Source: Guillardia theta CCMP2712
Taxonomy: Eukaryota > Protista > Cryptophyta
NCBI RefSeq assembly: GCF_000315625.1
Contig: NW_005434592.1
Location: 286,126-350,125, forward strand
DNA: 64,000 nucleotides
Direction of reading: 5' to 3'
Each line of letters begins with the position of its first letter. Within the stretch, counting starts at the first letter, position 1. Positions 1 through 12,700 of the stretch are shown here, piece by piece. The translations under genes and the position numbers were made by a program. Below the pieces are notes generated by a model, which did no database searches, was not told the DNA's origin, and saw only the letters and a list, made by a program, of their open reading frames with translations.

Positions 1-3000
1 CAGTCGATCTCCTCCTCACTCATCACCATCTCATCGCTGACTTGGTTCTGCTGCTCATCCGCTGACCTTGACTGAGGCGAGGCCCTCGCCTGCGAGTGGT
101 TGATGAGGTACTTGAACCCTTCCAGAACCGACACTTCCTTGACTCCCAGCGCAACAGAAACTTGAGGCTTTTTCAGCGTGTCCGCGTGCTCGATGACCGA
201 CTTCGACAAGTCGAGAGAGCTGGGAGAGAGCTGGAACTCACTCTGAGCTTTTGAGTCAAACGACTCCATGGCGATGCTGTGAAAGTTAGGGAACGCGGTC
301 TCAAGGCGGGAGAGGAGCTCCTGCAGCGACTTGATGGCCGTCTCTTGCTCGTGGGTTGAGAACTTGTGATTGAGAGCCGCTGTCAAGACCTTCTCTTGGT
401 ACTCCTTCCGTCCTTGCTGCGTCAGAAGCTTCTGCGGCAGCTGCTCACAGAATTGCTCTAGACCGCCGGAAGCGAACAAGACCTCATTCTGTATCAGCAC
501 GTAGGGCAATCGAGCCGGGTTGCTTCTCATCAGCGTCGACAAGCTCGCGCTAGGAAGGAGCAGCAAGATCGCGTTGCTCGACAACTGCAAGTTGTGCTCC
601 AAGCTCGAGCCCTGGGCAAGCGACTCTAAGCCGAGCATGGCTCCTGCATGGAAGCGTCTGACTCCCGTGCTTGTCCGCTCAGTTAGAGACCCTCGCAGCA
701 GCATGATGAGCGAACAAGCCTCGCGCTCTGCCGTCATGAAAACTTCTCCCTCGTCTCCTCTCACGAGGTCGCAGGACTCGGACATTGTTGCGAGAGCCCT
801 GCTGTCGAACTGCTGCAAAACCTGCGCTTGAGATAACAGCAAGAGCTTCACCGGAAACTTGGTCGAGTGGTCAAAACTCTCGTTGGAATCTTTGTCAGAC
901 TTGAGGCGCAACAGCAAACAAGCCGTCAGATCTTGAATCATGAACTGAAAGGTCTCATCGAATTGAGCCACAGCCGTGCAAGCTCGGCTTGCAGTCTGAA
1001 AAGAATAGCGAGCTGTAGCTGCCGAACCTTCAAGCGAGATCTCCATGTGCACAAAGTTTATCTTGGAGGGACGAGGAGGAGGAAACGAAACTCTCTTGAC
1101 TGTGACTTGAAGTTGCCCAAAGAAACCTTCCTGCGCCTTGTGAAGCTCCGACGAAAGCGAGGGGTTCCCGTGGCACCGCAAGGACTGGAGCTGAGAGCAG
1201 AGCGTGATGTCTTGTGGAACAAACTCTAGAGCATTGCCTGACACGTCCAACACTCTCAGCCTCTCTAAATTCCCCAGCACAACTTGAGCCATGAGAGGCT
1301 GCGGCGGCAGCTTCTTCAGCTTGTTGTCGCTCAGATCCAGTACCTCCAAGCTCGTACATTGTCTCAGCTCCGCTGCGAGATGGCGCAACTGGTTCCCAGC
1401 CAGAAGCAACTCCTGCAGTGAAGACAAGAACCCGCATTCGGAGGGGATACTTTGGATGTAGTTTCGAGCAAGGTTGAGAACTTTCAAGTTCGCCATGCTC
1501 CTCAGCGCGGCAGGAAAAGCTGCGAGATGGTTGAGCGAGAGGTCAATGCTCAGAAGACTGTGCGACATGGTCAACATGGGAGGGAACGAGGTCATGGAGT
1601 TCCCGCTGACATCAAGTGCTTGCAATTCTCTGCAGTGCTTGAAAAGAAGCTCAAAGCTGAGGTCGTCACTTTGAATGATGTTCTTGGCGATGACAAGGAC
1701 CTGGAGAGACTTGATGTGAAAGACGGAAGGAGGTATCTGCGTCAGTTGGTTGTTCGACATATTCAGTGAAAGTAACCCTGTGAGTTGAGGAATCACTTGC
1801 AATGAGTTGTCAAAGCCACAATACGAAAGGTCCAATACACGCAGGCTGGACAGAGAATCCTTTTGAGGTGTTGAAGACGAGATCGGATTGTGAGAGAAAT
1901 CGAGATACTCTAAATGTTCGAGATCTGCTAAGACAGCTGCAACCATGTTGATCCGATTGCCACCTGCAAACACTGACGATAGCTTGACATTTTGGCGAAG
2001 ACAAGATGGCAACGTTTTGATCTCGTTTCCTATGCAAGACAGGATCTCTAGATCTTGAAGCTTGCTGACTTCATTTGGAATTTCTTTGATGAGATTGTGA
2101 TTGAACGACAAATGAGAAAGGGGTAAATGAAAGATGAAACCTGGTAAACGTTTGATCAGGTTGTTGTCAAGGATCAGTTTTCGAATAAGCTTGTCCTCGA
2201 TCTGTGGTGGCAACGTATGCAATTCCAGGTAGCTGAGATCCAAACAAACACTCAACATCTTCTCCTTGTACATCTGCTTGGTCACTCGCAGATCTTGCAT
2301 GCTCATCTTCTTCTTCTCCTTTGTAATCTTCCCTCTCAGTCTCAGGATTTCGTTCCTCTGCTCTCTGACAAGCAAAATCCTGCGGCAGTACTCCAAGATC
2401 CCGAGGAACCTCAGGCGAACTGACTGATTCACACAGACTCTCCCAGCGTCTCTCTCAAACCACATGCCGTCTTGTTTGGCTGGGTGGGATGAAAGGCCGC
2501 TGGATCGCAACTCCCAGGGGCTCTCTGCCCCATCACTGTGTAGCAGCCACTGAGAAGTTGCCTCTCGCGATGTCTTGATCAAGACCCTGTCCCTCTGCTT
2601 CTTGCAGGTCTTGACGTACTTCTGTTCCCACTTGTCATTCCTGGTCAGACGGTAGAAGCCTTTCAGCGCGTCATCCTGTAAGTCACCCTCGACAAAGCAG
2701 CCGTCCAACCCTCGGCTGACTACCGAGGGAGGAGGAGAAACCAGCGGGTTTCCCTCGACCTTCAAGACCTCCAACTTTGACAAGCTCAAGATGTCGACGG
2801 GAATGTCTTTGAGGCGGTTGTTTGAGAGGTTGAGAGTCTTGAGGGAGGTGAGGCGGAAGAGAAAGTCAGAGATCACCTCGAAACGATTGTGAGAGAGGTC
2901 CAGTGACTGCAAGTGAGGATGCCAGGGCACGACAAACTTCATGTCAAAGAAAACTTCTTGAGGGATTTGTTCGATGGAATTCCGCGACAGAGAGATAACT

Positions 3001-5756
3001 TGGCACTTGGTTGCAAGGTTTAGCTCAGGTACTGCAGTCATGTCAAAACTCTCCAAGTCTAGCTCGAAGGGCTGCTCCATGCTCGCTACAAACCTCTGAA
3101 GGAAGTCCAACACCTTCGAACAGCCATCATGAGTGTAAGATTCCTTTGCGAGATGAGGTGGAGGAGTTTTGAGGGGGAGGTTGTTGTGCAGAGGCAGCTT
3201 CGACAGCTTTGATAAGGATGCCAACTGGAAAGGAAGAAAAGAGATCTTGTTGTCGTTGAGGGAGAGGAAGGAAAGGTCCGTGAGGTGAGAAATTTGGCTT
3301 GGTAGCGTTGTGAGCAAATTGCTGTGCAACCAAATGCTGTTGAGGTTTCTTAAGTATCCGACTGAAGGTGAGATGGTTTTGATTTGGTTGTTGTTCAGGC
3401 GAAGTTCCATCAAGTTTGTGAGCTTGTAAAAGTCCTCGGGTAAGCCTGCAAGCTTGTTCTCCGACAAGAAGACGCTTGTCAGCTCATACCAAATCGGCCG
3501 ACCAAGCAGCTTGTCAGTGATGCCGTACGGCCATCGCTTGAGGTTCATCTTGGTCAGGTGCAGGGCCCTCCCACCACCTCCCCGCTGCTTCGACAGCTCT
3601 CTGCTCACGTCGTCAGGGTTCGAGGGGTTCGAGAACTGCAGGACGGCGTTCATCCCCATGCGCTTGCGAGCCACAGGCGGCGATTCCTCTTCCTTCTCCT
3701 GCTTGAGAAGCGCATGCAGCGTCTCCATCCAGACCTCAAACGGCGTTGGCGCCGCCTTGGCTATGCCCTTGTCGGCGTCCTGCATGGCGTTCACCTTGTT
3801 CCTTCCCAGCTCACTTGTGTTGCTTTCAAAGTCAGAAGCTGCTGACTCTCTCAGCTTCTTGAGCTCCTCCCGTGATTTACCCCCGAACAAATACTCCTTC
3901 TGAAGTATCTTAGCTTGCTTCTGCGCCTTGGTCATCTCATCTCGCACAAAAGCCTTCCATGCGCTATGTTTGCGCCAGGCATCTTGAATCGACTTGGCGG
4001 CTGTCAGCAGTCTTTCTCGTTGGTTTTGTCGCAACTTTTTCAGGTGTCGCATGCCTCGGAAGTGTCGTTGGATTATGATGCACGCAGCATGCTGCTGGTT
4101 GAGGTCGATCTTTCGTCGAATCCGCGACAGCCACCTCATACCGAGTTTACGGGCATACTGCATCTACCAGAGTCAAAGTCAGCCAACCCTCCCGACAAGA
4201 CAGGCATACCTGCATCAGAGAACCCTTGCCGCGTTGCGATGAAATGTTCAAGTTGTCGGCTTTATTCATCTTTGATCTCCACCACCTTTGAATGGCAGTA
4301 GCTCCCTCAACGCTCTCCTGCATTTCTGTTTCCTGTCGGGTCTTGCGATTCAGACGTCGTTGTTGGAATCCCTTCAACAGCGCATGAACTCTCGAGTGTT
4401 GGTTGACATCGTCTGACTCCTGGCTATGCGCTGAGCTTCTGCGCCTGAAGAATCTCCCTCCTCCCGCTCGACGACCCGCGTTAGTGGATGGTCGCCTCTC
4501 AATCGCCGAGGCTGTCGGGACTTCATCGCCAGGTTGCAAGTCAACGAGGCCGCGACTAGCAGGCTCCTCTTCCACTATCAGACACTCGTACCGCTCAGTG
4601 ATGACCTCTGAAGGCGCCTCCTCTGCCAGCTGGAGCTCGGGGGGGTGGTCCTCACGCGGGGACTCGATCTGCATGTAGTCTGACTCTGCGAGAGGAGGCT
4701 CAGACTCTCGCTGTGCTGGCGCTGTGAAAGGACGCATGACGCTGCTTGACGCTCTCGACACTGACGGCGCCATGGCGACTAACGGCGTCTGGTTTCTGCT
4801 GTAAAAGGTTGCAGAGGAGACGGCAGTGGAGCCTGAGAAGTTTGTAAGGTTTGAAATAAGGTATGGCAACGAAAGAACCTCGAGTTGTGCTCTGAGAAGA
4901 ATTCTCTGCTGATTTCACAGCGAAGATGTCTTCTTTCAAGTTCAGCTGCATTCTTATCATCCTGTAATGCAGGTCAGCCATACCGTCATTCGCCGCACGT
5001 GCTGTACCCGGATGTCTTGGGGCGCAGAGACTCGAGGTGCTGGCGATGGTGCGTTGACCCTGAAGCATCACTGAAAGCATCATGGTATCTCTTCTCCTCG
5101 TCGTGACGGCGGGCCCCATGTTGAGAAAGCAACATGCGATCTCGAGTCACAATCCTTGACGCTGACGAGGCCTGAACATAGCACTCAGCCATCACCATCG
5201 CCATGGCAGACTTGTTGGATTTTACCCGACTTTCAACGTCGCTGTGGCCTTTTGTTGAGACTGCAACTTGTATCCCAAAGGCCTTCATCTCCCTTCTAAG
5301 CCTTTCCACGTTGACGATGGCTTCTCCTGTCTTCCCAAGACCTGACTGATCAAGGTTTGTCCGGTACTTCTTCATCAAGACTTGTTCTAGCATCTCCTCA
5401 TTTATCTCCCACTGTGTTGCTATTTCCTCCACAGAAGATTTCATGTTCTGTGCGAACCTGCTGTAAAACAGGAAGAGCCTTTCTTTCAAGCTCAAGTCTT
5501 TGACGTACTTGCTGGTCTCATCGATTGTCCCTCCTCGTTCTGCCTGTGTAGACGTCGGTCTTTCAGGCTGGTTGAGATCGCTCTGCCATATGTCAATGAT
5601 GTCCACGTTTCCGCTCCTCAATCGCGACAATCTGCTGGGAGGCCTCGATGGAACCGAAGTGAAGACAGAGACCGGGGGACGCCTTTGCTGTGCGTTCCTG
5701 CGGTTCGACGCTTCTGCCGTCTTGACATTTCTCTTCCTCAGGATCGGAGTCAGCAT
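1..5756 (-). CDS. Large multidomain protein: 3 IQ motifs + three LRR blocks + C2-like + degenerate cyclic-nucleotide-binding domain; 3' end runs off the window
   Basis: Exons are joined by short GT-AG introns (4962-5007, one near 4832-4878, 4164-4209). A single reading frame then stays open from 4163 to the window edge; it is absent from the ORF track because it has no stop. IQ motifs: ATAIQRWWRSK, ACIIIQRHFRGMR, AAKSIQDAWRK. Many LxxLxLxxNxLxxLP repeats (e.g. LTNLMELRLNNNQIKTI, LEVLDLSDNKLKKLP). Confidence 0.85.
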
Positions 5757-5849
5757 CACCTTCTAGCCTCATGTCATCTCCTCATCTCCTCACTTCCGCA
5801 TCCGCGTTCCTCCATCACATCCTCACCCGCCGCCCATCTCCAACGACAG

Positions 5850-6480
5850 TGTCGCCGAGCTCTTCGGGTCCGATCCGAATCATCAAGCTCACCCCAGAAC
5901 CGCCGCCACTGCCCGGTGCCGCTGAGTCGTCGGACCGTACAGTGAGGCCCCGGCCCGGGTTGCCGACGGCGTCACCGGGACCGGACCGTACGGCGGTTCT
6001 CCGATCGGACCGTCGGACTGTCCGACGGGCGCCGCCGGGCCGCGCCGTCCGGGCCGAGTGACTCAGCCGACGCCCGGCCGCCCGCAGCCTGTGCGGCCGG
6101 GCGGCGGCGGCGCCGCCGCCCAGGCCCATCCGATGATCAGTGCAGGCCGCCCGGCGGCCACCGTCACCGCGGGTCACTGCACTGCCGTGCCGCGCGGCCG
6201 CCGCGGGGCCGGGCCCTCAGTCTCAGTAGCCTGGGCAAGCCTCGGAGTCAGTCTGAGCCCGGCGCCGTGACAGTTCAACGCCGGTTGCGGCACCGGGGCC
6301 GCCGCGCGGCGGGCCCAGTCGCGTGGCACGGTGTCCGTCAGTGCCGCGTGCGCTACCGGGCCCGGGCCGCCCGCCCGGCGTTGCCTGTGGCAGTCACCGT
6401 CAGCTTGAAGCGGCGGGCCCAAGCGCCGCCCGCCGGGCCGGCCGGGCCCAGTGCTAGCCGGCCGCAGAGTCACCCGGTCG
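5850..6480. repeat. GC-rich intergenic island (CCGG/GGCC/CAGT/GAGTC words)
   Basis: Extremely GC-rich; ORFs are low-complexity in all frames; same word content as other islands in the window. Confidence 0.7.
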
Positions 6481-8107
6481 GGCGAGAGGACACGACGTAT
6501 CGCTTTTGCTCTGAAACTCGAGATACATCGAGGTGCAGGGAGATCACATCTTTACATTAAATCAGCTCTTTTGGATGTCAGCCTGTCAGTAAGGCAGGGC
6601 CCTCTGCAGGGGTACTAGGGTATCTCCATACAATCTCCTGGCCCTTACGACTCTTTACCACCCTGCTTGGTGCCATGCTAAAATCCACCCTACCCAATAT
6701 CTTCAATGTAAGAACCCCCTACCCTTGTATATAAATACAAAACTTTAACAGCCTACCCCTTTCTTCAACCCTACCCCCTTTGCTAATTTTTCTTGGGGAT
6801 CGAAAGAACACTTCTTCAGGAAGACGATCAACCCGAGAGACCTGATCTCCGAGGGGTGGTACACCCTACCCAATTGAGGAGTTAAAGTTTCAGGATGTCC
6901 TCCCGTGGGGTGGGGTTTACCAGTGCAGCGCAGCAGAACAAGGTGTAGGGTGTTGAAAGGCTGGTGGCTGATAATTCTAGGGGTGGGGTGTAGCTGAATT
7001 TCCATTCGAACCCTAGAACGAGGGGTGGGGGTAGGGACGCAATCAGATCAATCAAGATTCAGATAAACTGGTTGGAATAGGTGGGGTCCCTGGACGAGGA
7101 AACATGAGGGGTACTGAAAGGAGAAAGAAAGGGTCATTCAGAGAGTCTTTTCTCAAGGGTACTGCAATAGGGGGTAGGGTCATCTAAGGGACGGATCGCA
7201 ATCTGAGGGACAGCGTTGGAAAGGGGGTAGGGTGGCATAGCACTCCAAAAAGCACAACCCTACTGTTTCCTAGAGCAGTAGCATGTACCCTTTCATTTCT
7301 CTGCATTTCCACCGGTCCTTGTCGTTCTTTTGACTAGGGGGTAGTAGAATTTCAAGGTGGGGGTAGTTCCCAAGTAAGGCAATGGCTGTTGAGCGCAAAG
7401 CTATCAGGGCGAAGATGCAAAAAGGAGGGCAAAGATGAAGGCAGCGGAAAGAAGAAATGACACCAGATTGTAAAAGTACATGATGATGTCTTCAGCTGAT
7501 TGCTGGGCCACAAACATGCTGTGTAATGATGAAATTCGCCTTTCTCGACTGTTTCGATTTTTTTTGTTGCGATGCGTTGGAATGCATGGTTTTGGCATGA
7601 ACTTTGTTCAAGAAGGGGCTAATATGCATTGAAGACATGCAGGTTGTAGTAAAACTGCTTTATATACAGGAAAACGTGATCAAAGAAAAGTGATGTGATG
7701 ATGCAAGACAGAGTTACAAAATAGGTTCTGATTTTTGCTTGCGACGAGTGCACCCACACTTTATCCGTGGAATAACCTACTGTTGTATGCATAGATCTCC
7801 TCCTCCTCCTCCTCTTCCTCCTCTTTGAAGCAATTAGTCTTAAATCTGATGAAAGAGATGGAGATCAGTTTAATCCGGGCTCGTGTACTTTTTGCCCTGT
7901 TGTGTACTACAGCGAGTTTGATCACTTTCACTCTTTGATTTAGAGTTGTCGTTTTCTTTCTGATTATGGTATGTGTTTGCGCAGAGTTCACGTTGGAGGA
8001 TGATTGTTACAGATGATCATCATGTCAGCGATAAGCCGTTGAAATGATACCTTCGATCTCGCATCAACAATTCTATCACCCCCCCCATTAGTCATTGCCT
8101 ACTTGCA

Positions 8108-9740
8108 AGATGCAAGATTTGGTGCAAGAATCCGGCAAGAAGGAACTTCATATAATTTCAGCCAGTACAAATGCTGAAGAAGAAGTTGCTCGACTTGCTT
8201 GGTATTTCTTCAAAGCAACAACAAGGCTATCAAGTGATAATGAAGACATCTTGCCGCAAGAGGACTCGGAAGACATCAAGCTTTCAGTCTTCACAACGTT
8301 TGCAGATCTCTTCCCAGAGGTTGTCGGCGATAATGGTGCAGGAGGTTGCAATGCATGTTGCAGAGCCTGATGTGATTTCTTTTGCAGCTAAGAATAAGAG
8401 GATGAGATTACATTTCAACAAAGTTGGATATCAAATCTATGGCAAAGAACAGAGCAGAAGAGTTCCTGCAGTCAGAGCAAAACCTGGCAATCCAGGTAAG
8501 AACATAATTTCTGATGCATTCCGTGGTGTTCATTAATCTTTGTAATGTTCAAGGCTATGGGTTTCGAAGGGCACGATGGAGAGATACTGAGCTTGACAGA
8601 GATGATAGGGCAAATTGTCAGAAGGTCTTTGTGCTTCGATGTATCCATGTTGACAACTGAATGTGCTGCTAAGATCCTGAAAGAGGCTGGTTGCAACACT
8701 GACAAGATCAACCAAGTTTGTCTCAAAGTGCAAGAAGTTTGCCGTCTATGGGACTCAGTTCGGAGGCCTTCGCGTCCCGCAGGGCCCGGAAGGTTGACGA
8801 GCTTGACAAGTGAAGAAGAATTCTGAGACTTGTCTGCAGGCCGAGGAGACCAGAAGACATTGGAGTTGCTGTCTCTCCTGTCAAGGTAGATCTGCTCGGG
8901 CACCTTGTAAAGCATTCCAAGGAGGGAGATGAAGTTGTCCCCCACCTTGTGAAAGATGAGGTCAGCCTGTTTGGCTTGTCTCTGCTTGATCTCACAACCT
9001 CCCAGGCTCTGAGTGAGACTGAACTAATCATGGAAGGCGTTTCTGGCAGCATGCAAGTCAAGCTGGCTCATGAAGAAGGGCTTCATGATCGTGCGCCCAG
9101 CATGCATAACGGGATACTTGGAAAACGACGGGGTGAGATGAGCGGGGAGTTGGAGAAGAAGGGCAAGTCGATCACACCAGACGTCATCAAAGACGGGGCT
9201 CACGAATCATCGCAATGCTCGAAAGTTGTGATCTCACTTGATACATCAAGTTGTAAGACCAGATTCCAGGCAGCAGACTCTTCGAAAGAACTCCAGCCGC
9301 TCCTCCTGCCGCCTCTCCGTTTTGTGGAGGGGAATCATTCCTCGAGGTAACGAGCACTCGTCTCTGTCTTTGCTTCCTCGTCCCTTGACATTTCTTGTAG
9401 TCCAGCTTCCCCGAGGACCCTTCCTTCTCTCAGCAGCTTCAGTCGGCTCGAGAAACTTGCCAGTGCTGCCTCGAGGATGCAACAGGTACCGCGAGCCTTC
9501 ACCATCTTTGCCCTTGCCTGACGAATTGTATTGGCACGCTAGAACGACGTTCATTCCCTCTCGTGCCCACGAAGTACGATCGAGAAGGAGAACAGCTAAG
9601 GCTGAGAGGTTGTATGCTAATATTCTTTTTTATATGGGAGAGGACACACCAGGAAGAACAAGCCTCGCCCCTCTGGCAATTTTCTCTTGTTTTCCCGTGT
9701 CGAGACTTCACCTCTGCTTTCCCTTGTCTTGTAGATTAAC
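8108..9740 (+). CDS. Hypothetical multi-exon protein
   Basis: Consistent exon chain across short introns: ...ARLAWYFFKAT...NKRMRLHFNKVGYQIYGKEQSRRVPAVRAKPGNPG|YGFRRARWRD...QK|ILKEAGC...CRLWDSVRRPSRPAGPGR|PRRP; both ends uncertain. Confidence 0.6.
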
Positions 9741-9791
9741 GTTAATGAATCGCAAAGTTTCTGAAAGGTGAAAGAAATCGATTTAATCGCT

Positions 9792-12700
9792 TCAGGCAAA
9801 GAGGTTTCTAAGGGATGAAATCGTTGCCTGCGGCAAGTCTTGCTGTGTCTGATACTCATCGAGCAGCTTCTTCACCTCCTCCTTGTCTCTCCTGCGCGTC
9901 AGGGTCAGGCAGCAGCGTCACGTCAGTTTCGCTCACTTGGATAGAAAGCGCGAGATGAGTGAAAATCTCTGAGTCTGCCCAATGGACTCGAGGAGGCTCA
10001 GGCCCACCTTGGCCTCAAGTCCTGCATAACCACAACATGAGCTAGCGACAGCGAAGAGTGACCGCAGGATGAGCGGAGAGGAGGAGGAGAAAGAAGAGGA
10101 GGAGGAGAAAGAAGAGGAGGAAGAGGAGAAAGAGCTTCTGCTTGTGGTTGCGGTGGAAGAGGGTTTTGTAGTTGGTACCTGTCGTCCTCAGAAGAGCGAT
10201 GATTTCAGCGATCAGGTCAGCGTCCATCTCGGTCTTGAACAAGCACGGGAAGGGGTTTGGCGGCAGGCTCAGAAGCAGCTGCTTCCTCTCATCCTCCTTT
10301 CCCTTGAGCGACTTCCACCTGCGGAGAAACTCCCGACCGTTGCTGGGAGGCGAGTCAGACGAGGCGGAGGGGCGATGTGAGGAGGAAGCAGGTACTGCCA
10401 CACTCTTGGTCGCGTCCTCTCCTCCGCTAAGCCAGTTCCTCCTCTCCCCCCCCTCTGCCATGGCGTTGAAGCATTTCTTGGCGAGGCCGGGAACAGCGGC
10501 AGAGCTACCGGGGGTGAGGATGATGCCGTGCTCCTTGCCGTCCGTCTTGGTCCTCTGAGGCTTCAGGGACGCGCCCTTGACGTTCTGCTCGAACTGCTCG
10601 AACTCAACTCGCTGAGCGACCGCCTGGAACTTGGCTCTCTCCGTGTCCTTCTTGTGCTCCTCCTCCTCCTTGGCCCTTGCAAGCTCAGCTGCGAGCTTCT
10701 CGTTGGAAATGGCAGCGGATCGCTCCATCTCCCTGCTCTCCCGTTCCTTCCTCCTCCTCTCTGACCTCTTCCACTGAGCCTGCAGCTCCTCCTCTACCTC
10801 CGCCGCTATCCTGTGGTGAAGAAACCTGCTCTCCTTCCTTGCATCAGGCACTACCCTCTCGTACGACACAGCTTCGCCCTTCTTCTTCTTCTCCGCGTTT
10901 TCCTTCGTCTCCTCCAGGTCCTTCCTGACGTCTTCGTCCGGAGCAAGCTGCAGCGCCTCCTCAAGAGCTGCGGCAGCTTTCTCGAACTCTCCCAGGGCAG
11001 CAAGCGCAAGTCCCTTCCTGTGTAGCCCTCGGGGGCAGCGGGGAAGGAGACGGAGGTAGCTCTCCGCGTCATCCAGCGAGCCCTCGAGCCTCCCCAGGTT
11101 GAAGTTTGCGGCCGATCGGTTGAGGAAGCTTGCAGGGTCCTTGGGGTTGAGGAGGATGGCGGAGGAGAAGTCTTCACAGGCCTTCTGCATCCTCCCGCCC
11201 TTGAACGCCTTGATCCCTTCCAGCTTCTTCTTCTCTGCGATCTCCTCCCTCCTCCCCAACTTCAGCCTGAACTTCTCGCCCCCTTTCTTCCCCGGGGGAA
11301 CCACCGCGTCCAGCTTGACGGCTCCCAGCTCGGGGAAGGAGAGAGAGACTGTGACATGGTCTCCTTCCTTGCCCTGCTTCGGCACCTCCACCTCCACCTC
11401 CACCCCCTCGTCCGAGAAAGTTTCAACGCTCTCCGCGCTGAGGGTGCTCCCCTCCCTCATCCTCTGCATCTTCTCATGCCATGCTCGGATGTTCGCGTCC
11501 TCGGGGTCTTGCTTCCTCGCCTCTTCTGCCGCCTCCACCGCCAGATCGAACCTGCCGAGGACGGAGAGCGCTTGTGCCTTCCTCAGATGCCCCTCAGCAT
11601 AGCTCGAGCACCTCTTCACGCTCTCTTCCGCATCCTCCAGCGCCTCCTCCAGCTTTCCAAGCTGAAGGAGAGCGGAAGAACGGCTGCCGAGGAGCAGGTG
11701 ATTGTTGGGGTTGAGGTTCAGGGCAGCAGTGAAGCAGCTCGCAGCCTCCGCATAGTCTCCTCGCTCGAAGGCCTTCTTGCCCTCCTCCGTTAGCTTGTCC
11801 TCCTCCTCCTCCTCCTCCTCATTCCCCCACAGCTTCTTTCCTGCTGGAGCCGAGCTCTTCTTGGCTCTGCTGGTCATGTTCCTCCCTCCTGCGCCTCCCT
11901 CCTCACCCTGAAGCTCAGCACTCAGCAATCGAGAAACAACGATTCTGATCTTACCCTCTCAGGAGGAGCAATGGAAGTCGAAGTCGAAGTTTGAGGAGGA
12001 GGAGGAGGAGGAGAGCGATTCGGTTTCTCCTGCATCTTCTTCAAGATTTCCTGCGCTCTCATCAGCCCTCCGATTGTCTGCACGTTGTCTGGCTCGAGAG
12101 CTCTGGCGGTGTTGAAGGACAAGATTGCTTCCTCCGCGCGCTGGAGCTCTAGAAGAGCCTGCCGGCCGGGGATTCAGAGAGGTGATGAGAATCAAAGGAG
12201 GAGAAGAGAGCAGGTAAGGAGGAGAAGAGAGCAGGTAAGGAGGAGAAGAGAGCAGGTAAGGAGGAGAAGAGAGCAGGTAAGGAGAAAGACAAGGGGAAGG
12301 AAGAGAACAAGAGGAAGGAGGACAACAAGAGGAAAGAGGAAACGATTCATGAAGAAGGGGGGGAGTTGGCACAGCAAGATGGAGGAGGAAACCTGTCCTC
12401 TCCGGTAGTGCGCCTTTGGGAAGCTTGGATTCATCTTGATGCAGGTGTCGCAGTCTTCAAGAGCTTCTGCTGCCTTGCCAACCTGTGGGGAGTGAATGAG
12501 AAGCAGGAAGTCAAGAAAACCAGCATGAGCGCACGACGGACAACAAGTAGCAAGGTTGATGGCTGTGCTAAGGAAAGGGCTAGAGGAAAGATGAGGGGGA
12601 GGGCAAGGTGAGAGGAGAAGGAGGAGTAAGGAAAGACTGGAGTTGACGTCACTGACCTGTAGGTACGCTGCAGCTCTGTTGGAATAGAACGTGTGAGGAG

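Noticed and set aside
2700-2760. Roco (LRR-Roc-COR) identity suggested by the GNPLVSPP cap
   Set aside because: No P-loop GxxxxGK(S/T) follows any LRR block within the window
520-4301. Plus-strand ORFs listed in the track
   Set aside because: Antisense shadows of the long minus-strand LRR exon
5771-6560. Many overlapping Pro/Arg/Gly-rich ORFs in the GC islands (also 30.5-31.2, 40.6-41.0, 53.9-54.5 kb)
   Set aside because: Extreme GC content depletes stop codons; no domain signal
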